The notes beneath the pieces were generated by a model, which saw nothing but the letters and a program-made list of their open reading frames with translations, was not told the DNA's origin and made no database searches. The position numbers and the translations under genes are program-made. 64,000 nucleotides of DNA, taken from a virus. Shown in pieces: positions 21,509-30,400 of this stretch; position 1 is the stretch's first letter; each line of letters begins with the position of its first letter. The stretch lies in the IMG/VR virus record IMGVR_UViG_3300029712_000001, one strand, 5' to 3'.

Positions 21509-21729
21509 ATAGGCATGGTAAACGTAACCGATTCGTACCGTACCCGTAAGTCACTGAACATCAGTGGTGGGACAAGTTATCTAAAGGTATAATAGGATAA
21601 ATGAATTTCCCCTATTATATATTCCATTCATACTCCATTCAGTCGTATTAATTTTATATATTTATATGTTATTCATATTTTTTAAATATCAATACTGTTT
21701 TAAATATACTTTTATAGTTTCGGAATCGA

Positions 21730-21918
21730 ATCGAACGTAGTGAGTGAGATTTCGAAACAATTAATAATTTATCATTACGACTATTTACTTTTTAGCCTGA
21801 TTGATATTAAAAGTGATTGAGTATATCGACCGGAGGGAGATATACGAAAGAACGAAAATATATTTTTATATTTTCAATATCTATATAAAGCGATTGAAAC
21901 CGAATCGACCGAAGGGAG
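21730..21918. repeat. three imperfect direct repeats (ATCGAMCGNAGKGAG) in a 675-bp non-coding region
   Basis: atcgaacgtagtgag at 21730-21744, atcgaccggagggag at 21825-21839 and atcgaccgaagggag at 21904-21918. The second and third copies differ at 1 of 15 positions. Confidence 0.55.
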
Positions 21919-22085
21919 TGAGGTTGAGAGAAGCGATAACAGTTTCACGAGTAGCCACGAGATAAGCAGGCAGGCGGGTAGGAGAGGCCGTCGTGTGTTG
22001 TGAGGCAGGATAGCGTTAGCCCAAGCGTAGGTTCGGATCATTAGCTCGTATCATTGCAAATTGTAATCGTTACGAAGTATAAAAA

Positions 22086-22150
22086 AGCCGGATTATCTTG
22101 ATATCGTTCTTCAACCTTTGGTATCCGCATAACGAGTCTCAAATCCGGCT
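22086..22150 (-). terminator. long-loop hairpin plus T6 after the 817-aa gene
   Basis: AGCCGGATT (22086-22094) pairs with AATCCGGCT (22142-22150). The inner loop can extend the stem through TCGTT/AACGA. On the minus strand it is followed by TTTTTT. Confidence 0.55.
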
Positions 22151-22184
22151 TCGCTTTATTAATATGAGAAATAAAATAATTGTT

Positions 22185-24638
22185 CTAATTTTCAGTGACG
22201 CCTTTAATGCGAAGCTGTATATTGGGAAGCACGGCATTAATCAAAGCCATTTTCTTATCCTCTTCGCTTTCTTTTTCATGCTGTTTATACATCATGCTGT
22301 AATCACTGTCATCACCATCCTTTTCCCCATCTAACGTCAGTAAATGATTTATGATGTCCTTACCATACGTTTCAGTCCATGTACGGAATCTCTCTTCCTC
22401 GGACTGTTCCTCCTGGGACGGGGCTTCCGGGTTAGGGAGGGCGGCTGCCACTTCTACCTCTGGAAGTGTTACTGATGCTGCTATTTCACCATCATCTCCG
22501 AATCCCATTTGACCATACAAAGATACTGAATTTTCTTCAATTTCCAAACCAAGATTTTTAGCAACTTCCATAGCATAGTTATAACGGTCATCATTTCTTA
22601 TAACACTCTTATGAGGGCGCCCTGCTCCTTGGTTCCAAGCTATTACAGCATCTTTAAGGTTATCGGCGTTCATAAAGTCCTGCCGGCTGTAGTTGTAATA
22701 CCCTGGTCCTTCTTTTCCTTTTCTTGTGTATAAGAAATTAGAATATCCGGTTTTCCCTTCGTATTCGTCAGCCAAGAACTCAAGTTGGTCTTTGAATGTG
22801 GGTGTAGAATGACCTTTCTTTTTAGCGTGCTTGAATAGCTTATCCATGCGCTCATTATGCCATTGCTGTATGCCGTATGATGTTCTGTTGTCTCCGTATA
22901 TGTCATCTTTAAGGCCGGATTCAGCCATGAGGTTACCTATGATGGCGAGCGCCTGTATCTTGGACATGCCGCGCTTATTAGTAAAGTATTCATATGCTTC
23001 ACGCTGCTTGCCAACTACGCCACCTTCCTTCTTGATGTTGGTATTGTATCTCTTTCCATTCCATGTAAATTCCTTAAGACCTCTTTTCCTGGCTTCTTTA
23101 AAGGCTTCACCTCTTGTAGTGGAAATAGAGTCTTGTAGCTCAAGATCATTTTTTATTCCAAGAATAGCATCAACAATAGTATTATCATTTTTATCAACAT
23201 TATCCAAAACATAAGATTGACTTATCAAATTTGATACGCTCTTTCTGTTTTTATAAGTTCCTTCTTTATCTGATGGAGCTTCAAAAGCATATACAAGTGG
23301 ATACGAATAATCCGTATCTGGATCTTCTGACATAAATTCGTTTACTGCATGAATAGCTTTTTTGTATTTAGTATCTTTTATACTATACTTCCCAGCATCT
23401 TGAACATGATCATAAAATCTGTCTATCATATAGTTGATATATCCACGCTTATCGCTCTTAAATCTCTCTTTATCTCTTTCAAACTCTTTTGGCGGATATC
23501 TTTTGTAATATTCTTGAAAAAGTCCCCTAAATTTTCCATCCTCAGATACAGCGTAGGGGTTTCCACCAGATTCTTCAATAATATTTCCAAGTACGGCTTC
23601 TATCTGGCGTTGATTAAAACCTTTATCATATAAAGCATCATAGATCATATTCATCCCTTCTACGTCCATAGTACGATGCTTACCCTTACCCACACGCTTC
23701 ATATTTTCATATTTGGATTTGAATAAATCCCAATCTATTTCCGGCTTAGAAGAATCTCCTCCTTGTTTTTTGGATCTTATCTCCATCCTTTTATCCAAAT
23801 CATTCTTTGAATCAATAATGGATCTAAACAGGATCTTGTTTGGATCATTCTCTTCGTATGGGATTTTATCTTCTACATAATCCCTTATTTCAAAAGGATA
23901 TCCTATTGTATCAAGAGTCTTAGTAACAACCCCAACACCAAAAGGTTGATCGCTTCTATAAAAATCGTACTTATCTTTCACAACCATCCTACCTCTATCA
24001 TCACGGTACATGGTAAAACTTGATAAGCCTGATAAATCATTTAAATCTCCGTAAGCATCCGGTATAAAATTATATTCGTTAAATACCTGATGTTCCCCGG
24101 TTCTGGCTTTTTTTAAGAGATCTATACCCTCTTCTACCATTCCAAGTTTCCTACTTGTTACATCCCTTAACTCCTCCAAATCAGATACGTCCTTGCCTGC
24201 AACTTTTCCATCAATTATCTTATTATCTAAGGAATCAAGCTCCTTTCCATATTTTTTAGCCATTTTCTCCCACCCACCATTTATCCTGTCAGATATAATG
24301 GATTTGATATTGTCTGGTATTCTAACAATCCCGTTTTCCTCTTTCAGGTTATTTGGTTGGTTTAAAAATCTAAACCAAAGATTTTGACTAAAATCATCTA
24401 CATTGGCTTTCGGAACATCTTGACCAAAAAATTCCATTATTTTGGTTTTCAATCCTCTTTCATTGGCATACACGTCAGGTGTTATATTAGATGCCAGATA
24501 TTCTCTAAGTCTTACAAACGGACCAATTTTATTCCATAATGTTTTTGGTTGTTTGTCCTTTACATAATTTTTATTTTTCTTTGCCATCTTTTTCTTCCTC
24601 CTTCTTGAATTTGTGGTAGGCATCACAAACCTTATCAA
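22185..24638 (-). CDS. internal virion protein with two lysozyme / lytic-transglycosylase-like domains (817 aa)
   Basis: Two copies of the phage tail-lysozyme-type motif: LGNIIEESGGNPYAVSEDGKFRGLFQ and IGNLMAESGLKDDIYGDNRTSYGIQQWHNERMDKL. The alternative start MAKKNKNY is at 24587. Confidence 0.8.
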   Translation of the reverse strand: MIRFVMPTTNSRRRKKKMAKKNKNYVKDKQPKTLWNKIGPFVRLREYLASNITPDVYANERGLKTKIMEFFGQDVPKANVDDFSQNLWFRFLNQPNNLKEENGIVRIPDNIKSIISDRINGGWEKMAKKYGKELDSLDNKIIDGKVAGKDVSDLEELRDVTSRKLGMVEEGIDLLKKARTGEHQVFNEYNFIPDAYGDLNDLSGLSSFTMYRDDRGRMVVKDKYDFYRSDQPFGVGVVTKTLDTIGYPFEIRDYVEDKIPYEENDPNKILFRSIIDSKNDLDKRMEIRSKKQGGDSSKPEIDWDLFKSKYENMKRVGKGKHRTMDVEGMNMIYDALYDKGFNQRQIEAVLGNIIEESGGNPYAVSEDGKFRGLFQEYYKRYPPKEFERDKERFKSDKRGYINYMIDRFYDHVQDAGKYSIKDTKYKKAIHAVNEFMSEDPDTDYSYPLVYAFEAPSDKEGTYKNRKSVSNLISQSYVLDNVDKNDNTIVDAILGIKNDLELQDSISTTRGEAFKEARKRGLKEFTWNGKRYNTNIKKEGGVVGKQREAYEYFTNKRGMSKIQALAIIGNLMAESGLKDDIYGDNRTSYGIQQWHNERMDKLFKHAKKKGHSTPTFKDQLEFLADEYEGKTGYSNFLYTRKGKEGPGYYNYSRQDFMNADNLKDAVIAWNQGAGRPHKSVIRNDDRYNYAMEVAKNLGLEIEENSVSLYGQMGFGDDGEIAASVTLPEVEVAAALPNPEAPSQEEQSEEERFRTWTETYGKDIINHLLTLDGEKDGDDSDYSMMYKQHEKESEEDKKMALINAVLPNIQLRIKGVTEN

Positions 24639-24984
24639 CTAACCATCCCATCAGATAGGCGGCATGCTCATCTTCTCCGGCTTCAAAACTGTAGTTAATG
24701 TTAAGATACTTACAATAAAGGGAAAGACCATGTAGACATTCGTGTCCTATGGTTCTCACATCCATGTCAGACAGCGAATGAAATAAGAAACATATTTCTT
24801 TCCTGTGATTGGTTCGGTTTCCCACGAAAATAGTTCTGCCGCCATAATCGTCAGTCCATCCTTCCCAGCTCTGATCTTCTACTTCCAAGTTGGCGAACGT
24901 CTTTGCTATATACTCTTCATCTGCTCCAAGCAATACCCTTACATTATAGGGGTATATATCATTTTTATATAATACTTGTTTCAT
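24571..24984 (-). CDS. small putative zinc metalloprotease-like protein (HExxH)
   Basis: The translation contains TIGHECLHGLS (HExxH) in a 137-aa protein. Confidence 0.55.
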   Translation of the reverse strand: MKQVLYKNDIYPYNVRVLLGADEEYIAKTFANLEVEDQSWEGWTDDYGGRTIFVGNRTNHRKEICFLFHSLSDMDVRTIGHECLHGLSLYCKYLNINYSFEAGEDEHAAYLMGWLVDKVCDAYHKFKKEEEKDGKEK

Positions 24985-25018
24985 AACAAACTGTTTTTCA
25001 ACAAAGGTAAATAAAAAA

Positions 25019-25050
25019 AGCCGAAGATATACTCACGTACTTCTTCGGCT
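25019..25050 (-). terminator. intrinsic terminator downstream of the Ro60/TROVE gene
   Basis: AGCCGAAGA (25019-25027) pairs with TCTTCGGCT (25042-25050). On the minus strand it is followed by T8. Confidence 0.75.
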
Positions 25051-25109
25051 ATACCTTTAAAGCTAAAACTTGTTTACTATGGAAATTACAATTGAAGCAA
25101 AATCAATGA

Positions 25110-26744
25110 TTATATTTTTATTTTCTTAATTTCCTCAATCATATTCTTATATCCGCAGAACTTGCTGTTAATAACATCGAAAATAGATTCTGACCAGCCA
25201 GCTATGTTCAAGATATTAGATCCTCTGTAAAACATCTCACTTCCATATCCTTGAATAGAAATAGAAACGATCTTGCAATTTGGATTTACTTTCTTGAACT
25301 CTTTCAAAAGTTCGGCGAATTTACCATATTCATAATTGGAACTTTTCTCCCATACAATAGATTCACCATCTCCTATCTGCATATCTGAAATAACGTACAA
25401 GTTATCTACTTTGATCTTGTCTTTAACGCACTTATCCAAGAATGCAAAAAGACCGTTTTCGGTAGCACCACCGCATTCTCCTCCGGCAGTAAAAGATTTT
25501 TTGTTATTCCATAAAACACCTTTACTTCTATCATATTCGTAATTGATAAGTTTGTCACCAAACATACCGATAAATACGTCAGGAAGCACAGAAGCAATCA
25601 TACAGCCAAATAAGTTACCAATGACAGCCGTACTTGTTTTGCTAAAGGCAGACACCTCAGAAGATCCTCCCATATCTCCACGTACAGAGCCAGAGTGGTC
25701 AATCAGGATAGCCGACCGCCCCTCCAATACCGGCAGGTTCTTGCAGGAGATGGTTATGGCTTTCTCCAACGCATCTAAAATCTTATCTTTATTACGCGCT
25801 GTTAATTTAGCACGTTTTTTATCCGACTCAAATACAATATCATTATCGGAACCATCAGTGCCCATATTTTCAACCTCTTTGAAAGCTGAAGCAAAACGGA
25901 AAGGAAGCATCTTCGAATTAAGTACCTTCTCTTCTATTGTAAGCTGCCTACAAACTTCATCTATTTGATCAGGTGCGTATTTGATTATGTTTATAAGGTT
26001 ACGAACCATATTAAAAATAGGCATACCTTTTACATTAGAAACCACGTCTCGAATAGCGTCACCTAAAGCTTCTTTCTTTTCCTTATTGTCTTTCTTATCC
26101 TGTCCGGCTTTAGACATTTCTTTTTCAAGAATCTTACTTTCGTATAATCCAGACAAAGGCCGACCTTCTATAAGGTACTGGAAAGCCGTTTTATTAGCCT
26201 GATTGCCTTTAGGGTGAAATAAGTTTACGAGGTCAACCATAGTAATGACCCTACTGTCCATCTTGTACTTGTCAATCCGATACGGATCAAGACCCTCCAA
26301 AGCCGTCTTAAATCCTTTCTTAATAGCGCTGGATATACCTCTTAACTTCTTTGGATTTTTGTCGTTAAGAGCCGCATAGCAGCCAAGGATTTCGCTCATA
26401 TCATCAGGACGCATAACGATCTTATTATAGAACCTTGAAGCCCATTCCTTACCCGATGCTTTGCTGGCAAGGACAGAAGCCATAAGATGCGTTACTGACC
26501 TAAGCTTTCCTTCTTTCCTTACATACAATGCTGTTTGTGCTGCAAAATACGGATCCACCTGATCCATAAGGTTCTTAATTCTTCCTACTTTATCTTTTTC
26601 TTTCTCATAATAAGAATCAGATAACATGGTAGTCATTACCGTAGATACCAACTCTTCTTCTGCGTTAGGCTTATACGCCTTCTCTCCCATGTGATTCACG
26701 ATCGTAGGTTTAACACCTTCATTCTTTTTGTTAAACTTTCCCAT
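25110..26744 (-). CDS. rsr: Ro60-related (TROVE domain + vWA/MIDAS) RNA-binding protein
   Basis: 544 aa. A long helical-repeat N-terminal region (…KAYKPNAEEELVSTVMTTMLSDSYYEKE…FAAQTALYVRKEGKLRSVTHLMASVLA…) is followed by a vWA domain with a MIDAS DxSxS motif (ILIDHSGSV). It is adjacent to a Y-RNA-like tRNA mimic. Confidence 0.8.
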   Translation of the reverse strand: MGKFNKKNEGVKPTIVNHMGEKAYKPNAEEELVSTVMTTMLSDSYYEKEKDKVGRIKNLMDQVDPYFAAQTALYVRKEGKLRSVTHLMASVLASKASGKEWASRFYNKIVMRPDDMSEILGCYAALNDKNPKKLRGISSAIKKGFKTALEGLDPYRIDKYKMDSRVITMVDLVNLFHPKGNQANKTAFQYLIEGRPLSGLYESKILEKEMSKAGQDKKDNKEKKEALGDAIRDVVSNVKGMPIFNMVRNLINIIKYAPDQIDEVCRQLTIEEKVLNSKMLPFRFASAFKEVENMGTDGSDNDIVFESDKKRAKLTARNKDKILDALEKAITISCKNLPVLEGRSAILIDHSGSVRGDMGGSSEVSAFSKTSTAVIGNLFGCMIASVLPDVFIGMFGDKLINYEYDRSKGVLWNNKKSFTAGGECGGATENGLFAFLDKCVKDKIKVDNLYVISDMQIGDGESIVWEKSSNYEYGKFAELLKEFKKVNPNCKIVSISIQGYGSEMFYRGSNILNIAGWSESIFDVINSKFCGYKNMIEEIKKIKI

Positions 26745-26780
26745 TTGTTGTTGTTTTCTTTAAAGTGTTATACAAAAAAA

Positions 26781-26802
26781 GCAGTGATATTACTACCACT
26801 GC
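26781..26802 (-). terminator. intrinsic terminator closing the small-RNA cluster, upstream of the TROVE gene
   Basis: GCAGTG (26781-26786) pairs with CACTGC (26797-26802). On the minus strand it is followed by T7 (26780-26774). Confidence 0.65.
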
Positions 26803-26865
26803 TTGAAAAAAAAAATATATCAAAATGAATACTCAATGAGGGAAAAGCTGAAGTTAGTGTAAACA

Positions 26866-26938
26866 ATGAAATAATGGATTTGAACCATCGACCTATACTT
26901 TAAAAGAGTATCGCTCTATCCATCTGAGCTAAATTCGA
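26866..26938 (-). tRNA. tRNA-like gene, anticodon UUU (Lys), with a defective acceptor stem
   Basis: On the minus strand: TA-GCTC-AGATGGATA-GAGC D-arm, ATACT-CTTTTAA-AGTAT anticodon arm and GATGG-TTCAAAT-CCATT T-arm. The acceptor TCGAATT/ATTTCAT forms only 4 of 7 pairs. No CCA is encoded. Confidence 0.55.
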
Positions 26939-27008
26939 AGTAACTAACCCCATCACCACTCATTAGTTTTTATATATTTCAAACAGAGGAAAAACGGAGC
27001 CGGACAAA

Positions 27009-27081
27009 ATGAAAATATTGGATTCGAACCAATGAAAAGTATTATTACAGAATACCGCGTTATCCACTACGCTAATTTTCG
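27009..27081 (-). tRNA. tRNA-like gene, anticodon GUA (Tyr), class-I (short variable arm), with a C1·A72 mismatch
   Basis: On the minus strand: CGAAAAT-TA-GCGT-AGTGGATA-ACGC-G-GTATT-CTGTAAT-AATAC-TTTTC-ATTGG-TTCGAAT-CCAAT-ATTTTCA. Six of seven acceptor pairs form. No CCA is encoded. Confidence 0.7.
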
Positions 27082-27117
27082 AAGTAACCGAACTCCTCAC
27101 CATCTATATATTTTATT

Positions 27118-27278
27118 AAAACAGGGAGAACCTGGAATGTGTTTTAATATGAAAGGAGGTTTTGATCTACCAACTGATCTAATTTTTCTTACATGAAAAA
27201 TATAGGACTCAAACCTATGACACAAACCGAAGTATCACCTTCCATCACCACTGTCTTACATTATAATCTCTCTTGATT
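27118..27278 (-). ncRNA. YrlA / Y-RNA-like circularly permuted tRNA mimic with a closed acceptor stem
   Basis: Order on the minus strand:
- GGTTT (27228-27224), the 3' strand of the anticodon-like stem
- GTGTC variable region
- T-arm ATAGG-TTTGAGT-CCTAT (27218-27202)
- ATTTTTC (27201-27195)
- loop ATGTAA
- GAAAAAT (27188-27182), forming a perfect 7-bp acceptor stem
- TA
- D-arm GATC-AGTTGGTA-GATC (27179-27164)
- A
- AAACC (27162-27158)
The flanks can pair through ATGGAAGG/CCTTTCAT, AATGT/ACATT and GAGAG/TTCTC. The ends of the RNA are uncertain. Confidence 0.65.
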
Positions 27279-27284
27279 ACGATG

Positions 27285-27315
27285 CAAATATAGACACTAA
27301 AATATGATTTACAAA
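27285..27315 (-). promoter_or_regulatory. Bacteroidota-type promoter (TTTG-N19-TAtaTTTG) upstream of the RNA cluster
   Basis: On the minus strand, TTTG lies at 27315-27312, followed by a 19-nt spacer and TATATTTG at 27292-27285. This matches the published Bacteroides -33/-7 consensus. Confidence 0.55.
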
Positions 27316-27399
27316 TTAAAATGATTTAAAATGTATTAATTTGGATAAATAAATGTAGTGAATAATATAAAGTGGTTATACACAGCCTTGCACTTAAAA

Positions 27400-27437
27400 G
27401 TATTACCCTCTACTTGCTAATAGGCAGAGGGTAATAC
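27400..27437 (-). terminator. intrinsic terminator after the 2257-aa gene
   Basis: GTATTACCCTCT (27400-27411) pairs with AGAGGGTAATAC (27426-27437), a 12-bp stem. On the minus strand it is followed by TTTTAAG. Confidence 0.7.
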
Positions 27438-27441
27438 GATA

Positions 27442-30400
27442 TTATCTATTCTTAATCTTATCTTCGGAAATCAACCACTGGAATATAATTTTCCGGCTGC
27501 TAATTACTTTCTTTATCCTCATCAGCATCCAACTTCCTCTTAACCTATCCAGCCATGACCGTCTGAAATTAAGAGCATCAGGATTAACTGACTTATTTAT
27601 ATCGTTATCGTCCTTGATCCAAATAGGGGTATCTGACCGGTCATCGTCAACCCTGTTGAAGAAGTCATTTAACTTATGTCTTCTATATACCTCAGTATCC
27701 AGGACCTCAGTATAGTCGCCTACGATTTTCGGATACGATATACGTTGCGCTAAATTATTCTTTTCTTCTGGAACAAGATGAATTTCACCTGAGTTGTTTG
27801 TGTCGTTGTAGATAGTTATCGTATCTAAACCTACTTTCCTGTCAAGAGTGTAATTCACATCATCGACGTATTTCCTTGCATCAAGCTCGTATTCTACAGA
27901 AGCCAGCGTAGAGCCATTATATTTCTCTTTTATCGGCACTTCTAATATAAATGGATATGTTGCTCCGTAGAATGTCTGGAAGCTCTTATTCGTCAGCAAA
28001 TGACTCCATAAGCCGCCTTCTTCGTCTGATGTCGGGAAGTTTATTCCTGTCTGAAAATATTGTTGCTGTTCTATATAATAGTCAGGACAGAACGAATAAT
28101 AAGAAATCCATTCTTGCTTCAGACACGAATATCCGATAGTGAACGACACGTCTTTAAAATACTGTTCGTCTTTTAAAGATATTTCCTTATCGTTTGATAA
28201 CACCTCTGTTTCATTGTACAAGAACCTTCCACCATCATATTTGTAATATGCCGGGTTCTTAACAGGTATATAATCTTTTTTCGTGATAAGTACTCTCTTA
28301 TACCTGTTATCCCATCCAAGAGACAGACCAAGACCGATAAATTTATTGTCTGTATCTTCTTCTGTCATCTCTGTGCCGGTTAAGATATTAGTTATTCCGT
28401 ATCTAAGAATCTTAAACGGAAGATGACGCTTGAGCCAATGTCTGATACCTACACTAAGTTCCTTGAGATTACGTCCGTTCGGATCGGTCATAAATACCTG
28501 TGCTCTTTTAGTATCTACCCAGAAGTGACCAAATTCTGAACTAATTATTTCAGTACTCTGGGTTCCAGAATAACCGAGGTCGGTCGTGTTGTACTCCAGA
28601 GGTCTGGACGCGAACAGACCGCCGGTGCCCATCTCAGCCTGCCCAGGGGAGGTGCGCTCCTTGATTACATCTATGGCGTTATGGAGTGAAACCTGATCCT
28701 CGAACCTGACAAGAATCTGATTAGACTCGATACGCTTCATGTGAATAAGCTTCCCGTTGCTGGTTGGAAACTCATGATAGTCCATAGGCTTGTACGTTAG
28801 CCACGGATCTGTTTGACTGTTTTCAGATACGTCAGCCCTACTCCATATAACACCATTAGGTCGCTGGTAAGCACAATCATAAAAACGACGTTCGTATGTT
28901 GCCGGCAATACATTAGGAGTCAATGTCATCCTCGATGAATAGATAGGACTTATCTTGTAATCATTGTCCCTATGGATAGACACGTTCTTTTCTTGTGTCC
29001 ACCAAACAAAATCTCCTACTTTTGGATAGAATAATTCATGAGGCTGAGGACCCTCTAATCTGAAATTACAATTTATTTCAGATTCTACAAGGAACTGAGG
29101 AATGCCATAGAACCATGTATAAAATCTGCCATCTACATACTTACCGGAGGTGTCACCGTTCAATTCATACAAGCTCTTCCTATTTGGGTAAAAAGCATAT
29201 CTTCCTTTATTAGACGATGTCCAACTATTGAAACGTTCGTTATCCGTGGTTTCAAGCGCATCTTCCCCTGTATCATAATTAACAAAATATCTTGGATATC
29301 CTACATTTCTATAATCCATGTAAGGGAAAGGTATCATATCTCCAATACCAAAAGCACTATTATAAAAAACAGGAAATTTTCTCTTTAATGAAAATCTGGT
29401 TATCACCGTATCACCACCGAACATCAGTTTCTTTTCATTAGTGAAAAATCCACATCCACCTATGGAAATCCATTTTATATCTTCTATTTGACCATATTGA
29501 TCCGGCCTATATCTCATAAGCCTCATATACGGAGAACAGATGTATGAAACTGATTTGGATTGCTCGAATGTTCTTCCTGCTACAACATCTCTTCCAGCAA
29601 TAACCGAATCATCTATACGGCTACTGTCGTAGTTGTAGACATAGTTCGGATATTCCAATAAATATTTCGATTTACCATCTCCTTTTTCACCTGGATCACC
29701 AAATGATAAAAATAACGAAGATTCACGATCTATATTATTAACAAATAAGAATCGTCCCTCATTATCGTTTTTACCGGTTCCCCATTTAGATGACATGCTG
29801 GCATCCATCATAGGATATACACCAGACTTCATGTACTTAACAGAAGATAAACCACGAGCAAAATTTCGTTCATACTTATCCTGGTCTGTTATACCTATCA
29901 TTGAATTATATAATCCTACAGAAGTATAATACCATGCATGATTACGTCTCGGTCCATTGTTTATAAACGTATTAAGCCAATCATAACGGTACTTACCGTA
30001 CAATATCGGGCCCTTAGCAAGAGTTTGACTGATGGTTGACACCATTGAAGAAAACAGCATGGCTACACTTAAATTCGTTAGGAATCCTCCTCCGGTAAGA
30101 CCGGCCGACCCTCCTATGTATCCAGACTGAGCCCTTATCTGAAGCTCTTCTGCTATCATAGCGGCTATTGTGGCACTTGATTCAACTGCGGCAAGTGACG
30201 CAGCCATCGTATAAGCAGCAGGACCTAAGATAGTCCATTTTGGATGATCTTCTACAGGCACAAAACTGCCTACAGACATTCCTCTTTGGAACCCGTCTAT
30301 ACATACTTCATTTGGAAGTTCGGGCTTGTTAAAATAAATATCAGGCGAACAAAATGAATACCACACGTTTCCTCCTTTGTCGAAAGGATGGGATATAAAC

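Noticed and set aside
21541-21570. Short hairpin CACTGA-aca-TCAGTG upstream of the 378-aa gene, considered as a regulatory element
   Set aside because: The stem is only 6 bp with a 3-nt loop, it lies in a region with many chance palindromes, and there is no flanking U-tract or repeat. That is not enough to call a feature.
27158-27228. Calling this interval an ordinary tRNA because it has canonical D- and T-arms
   Set aside because: The T-arm precedes the D-arm on the transcribed strand, and the acceptor helix is closed by a 6-nt loop. No linear cloverleaf with free 5' and 3' ends can be drawn. It is interpreted instead as a permuted tRNA mimic.
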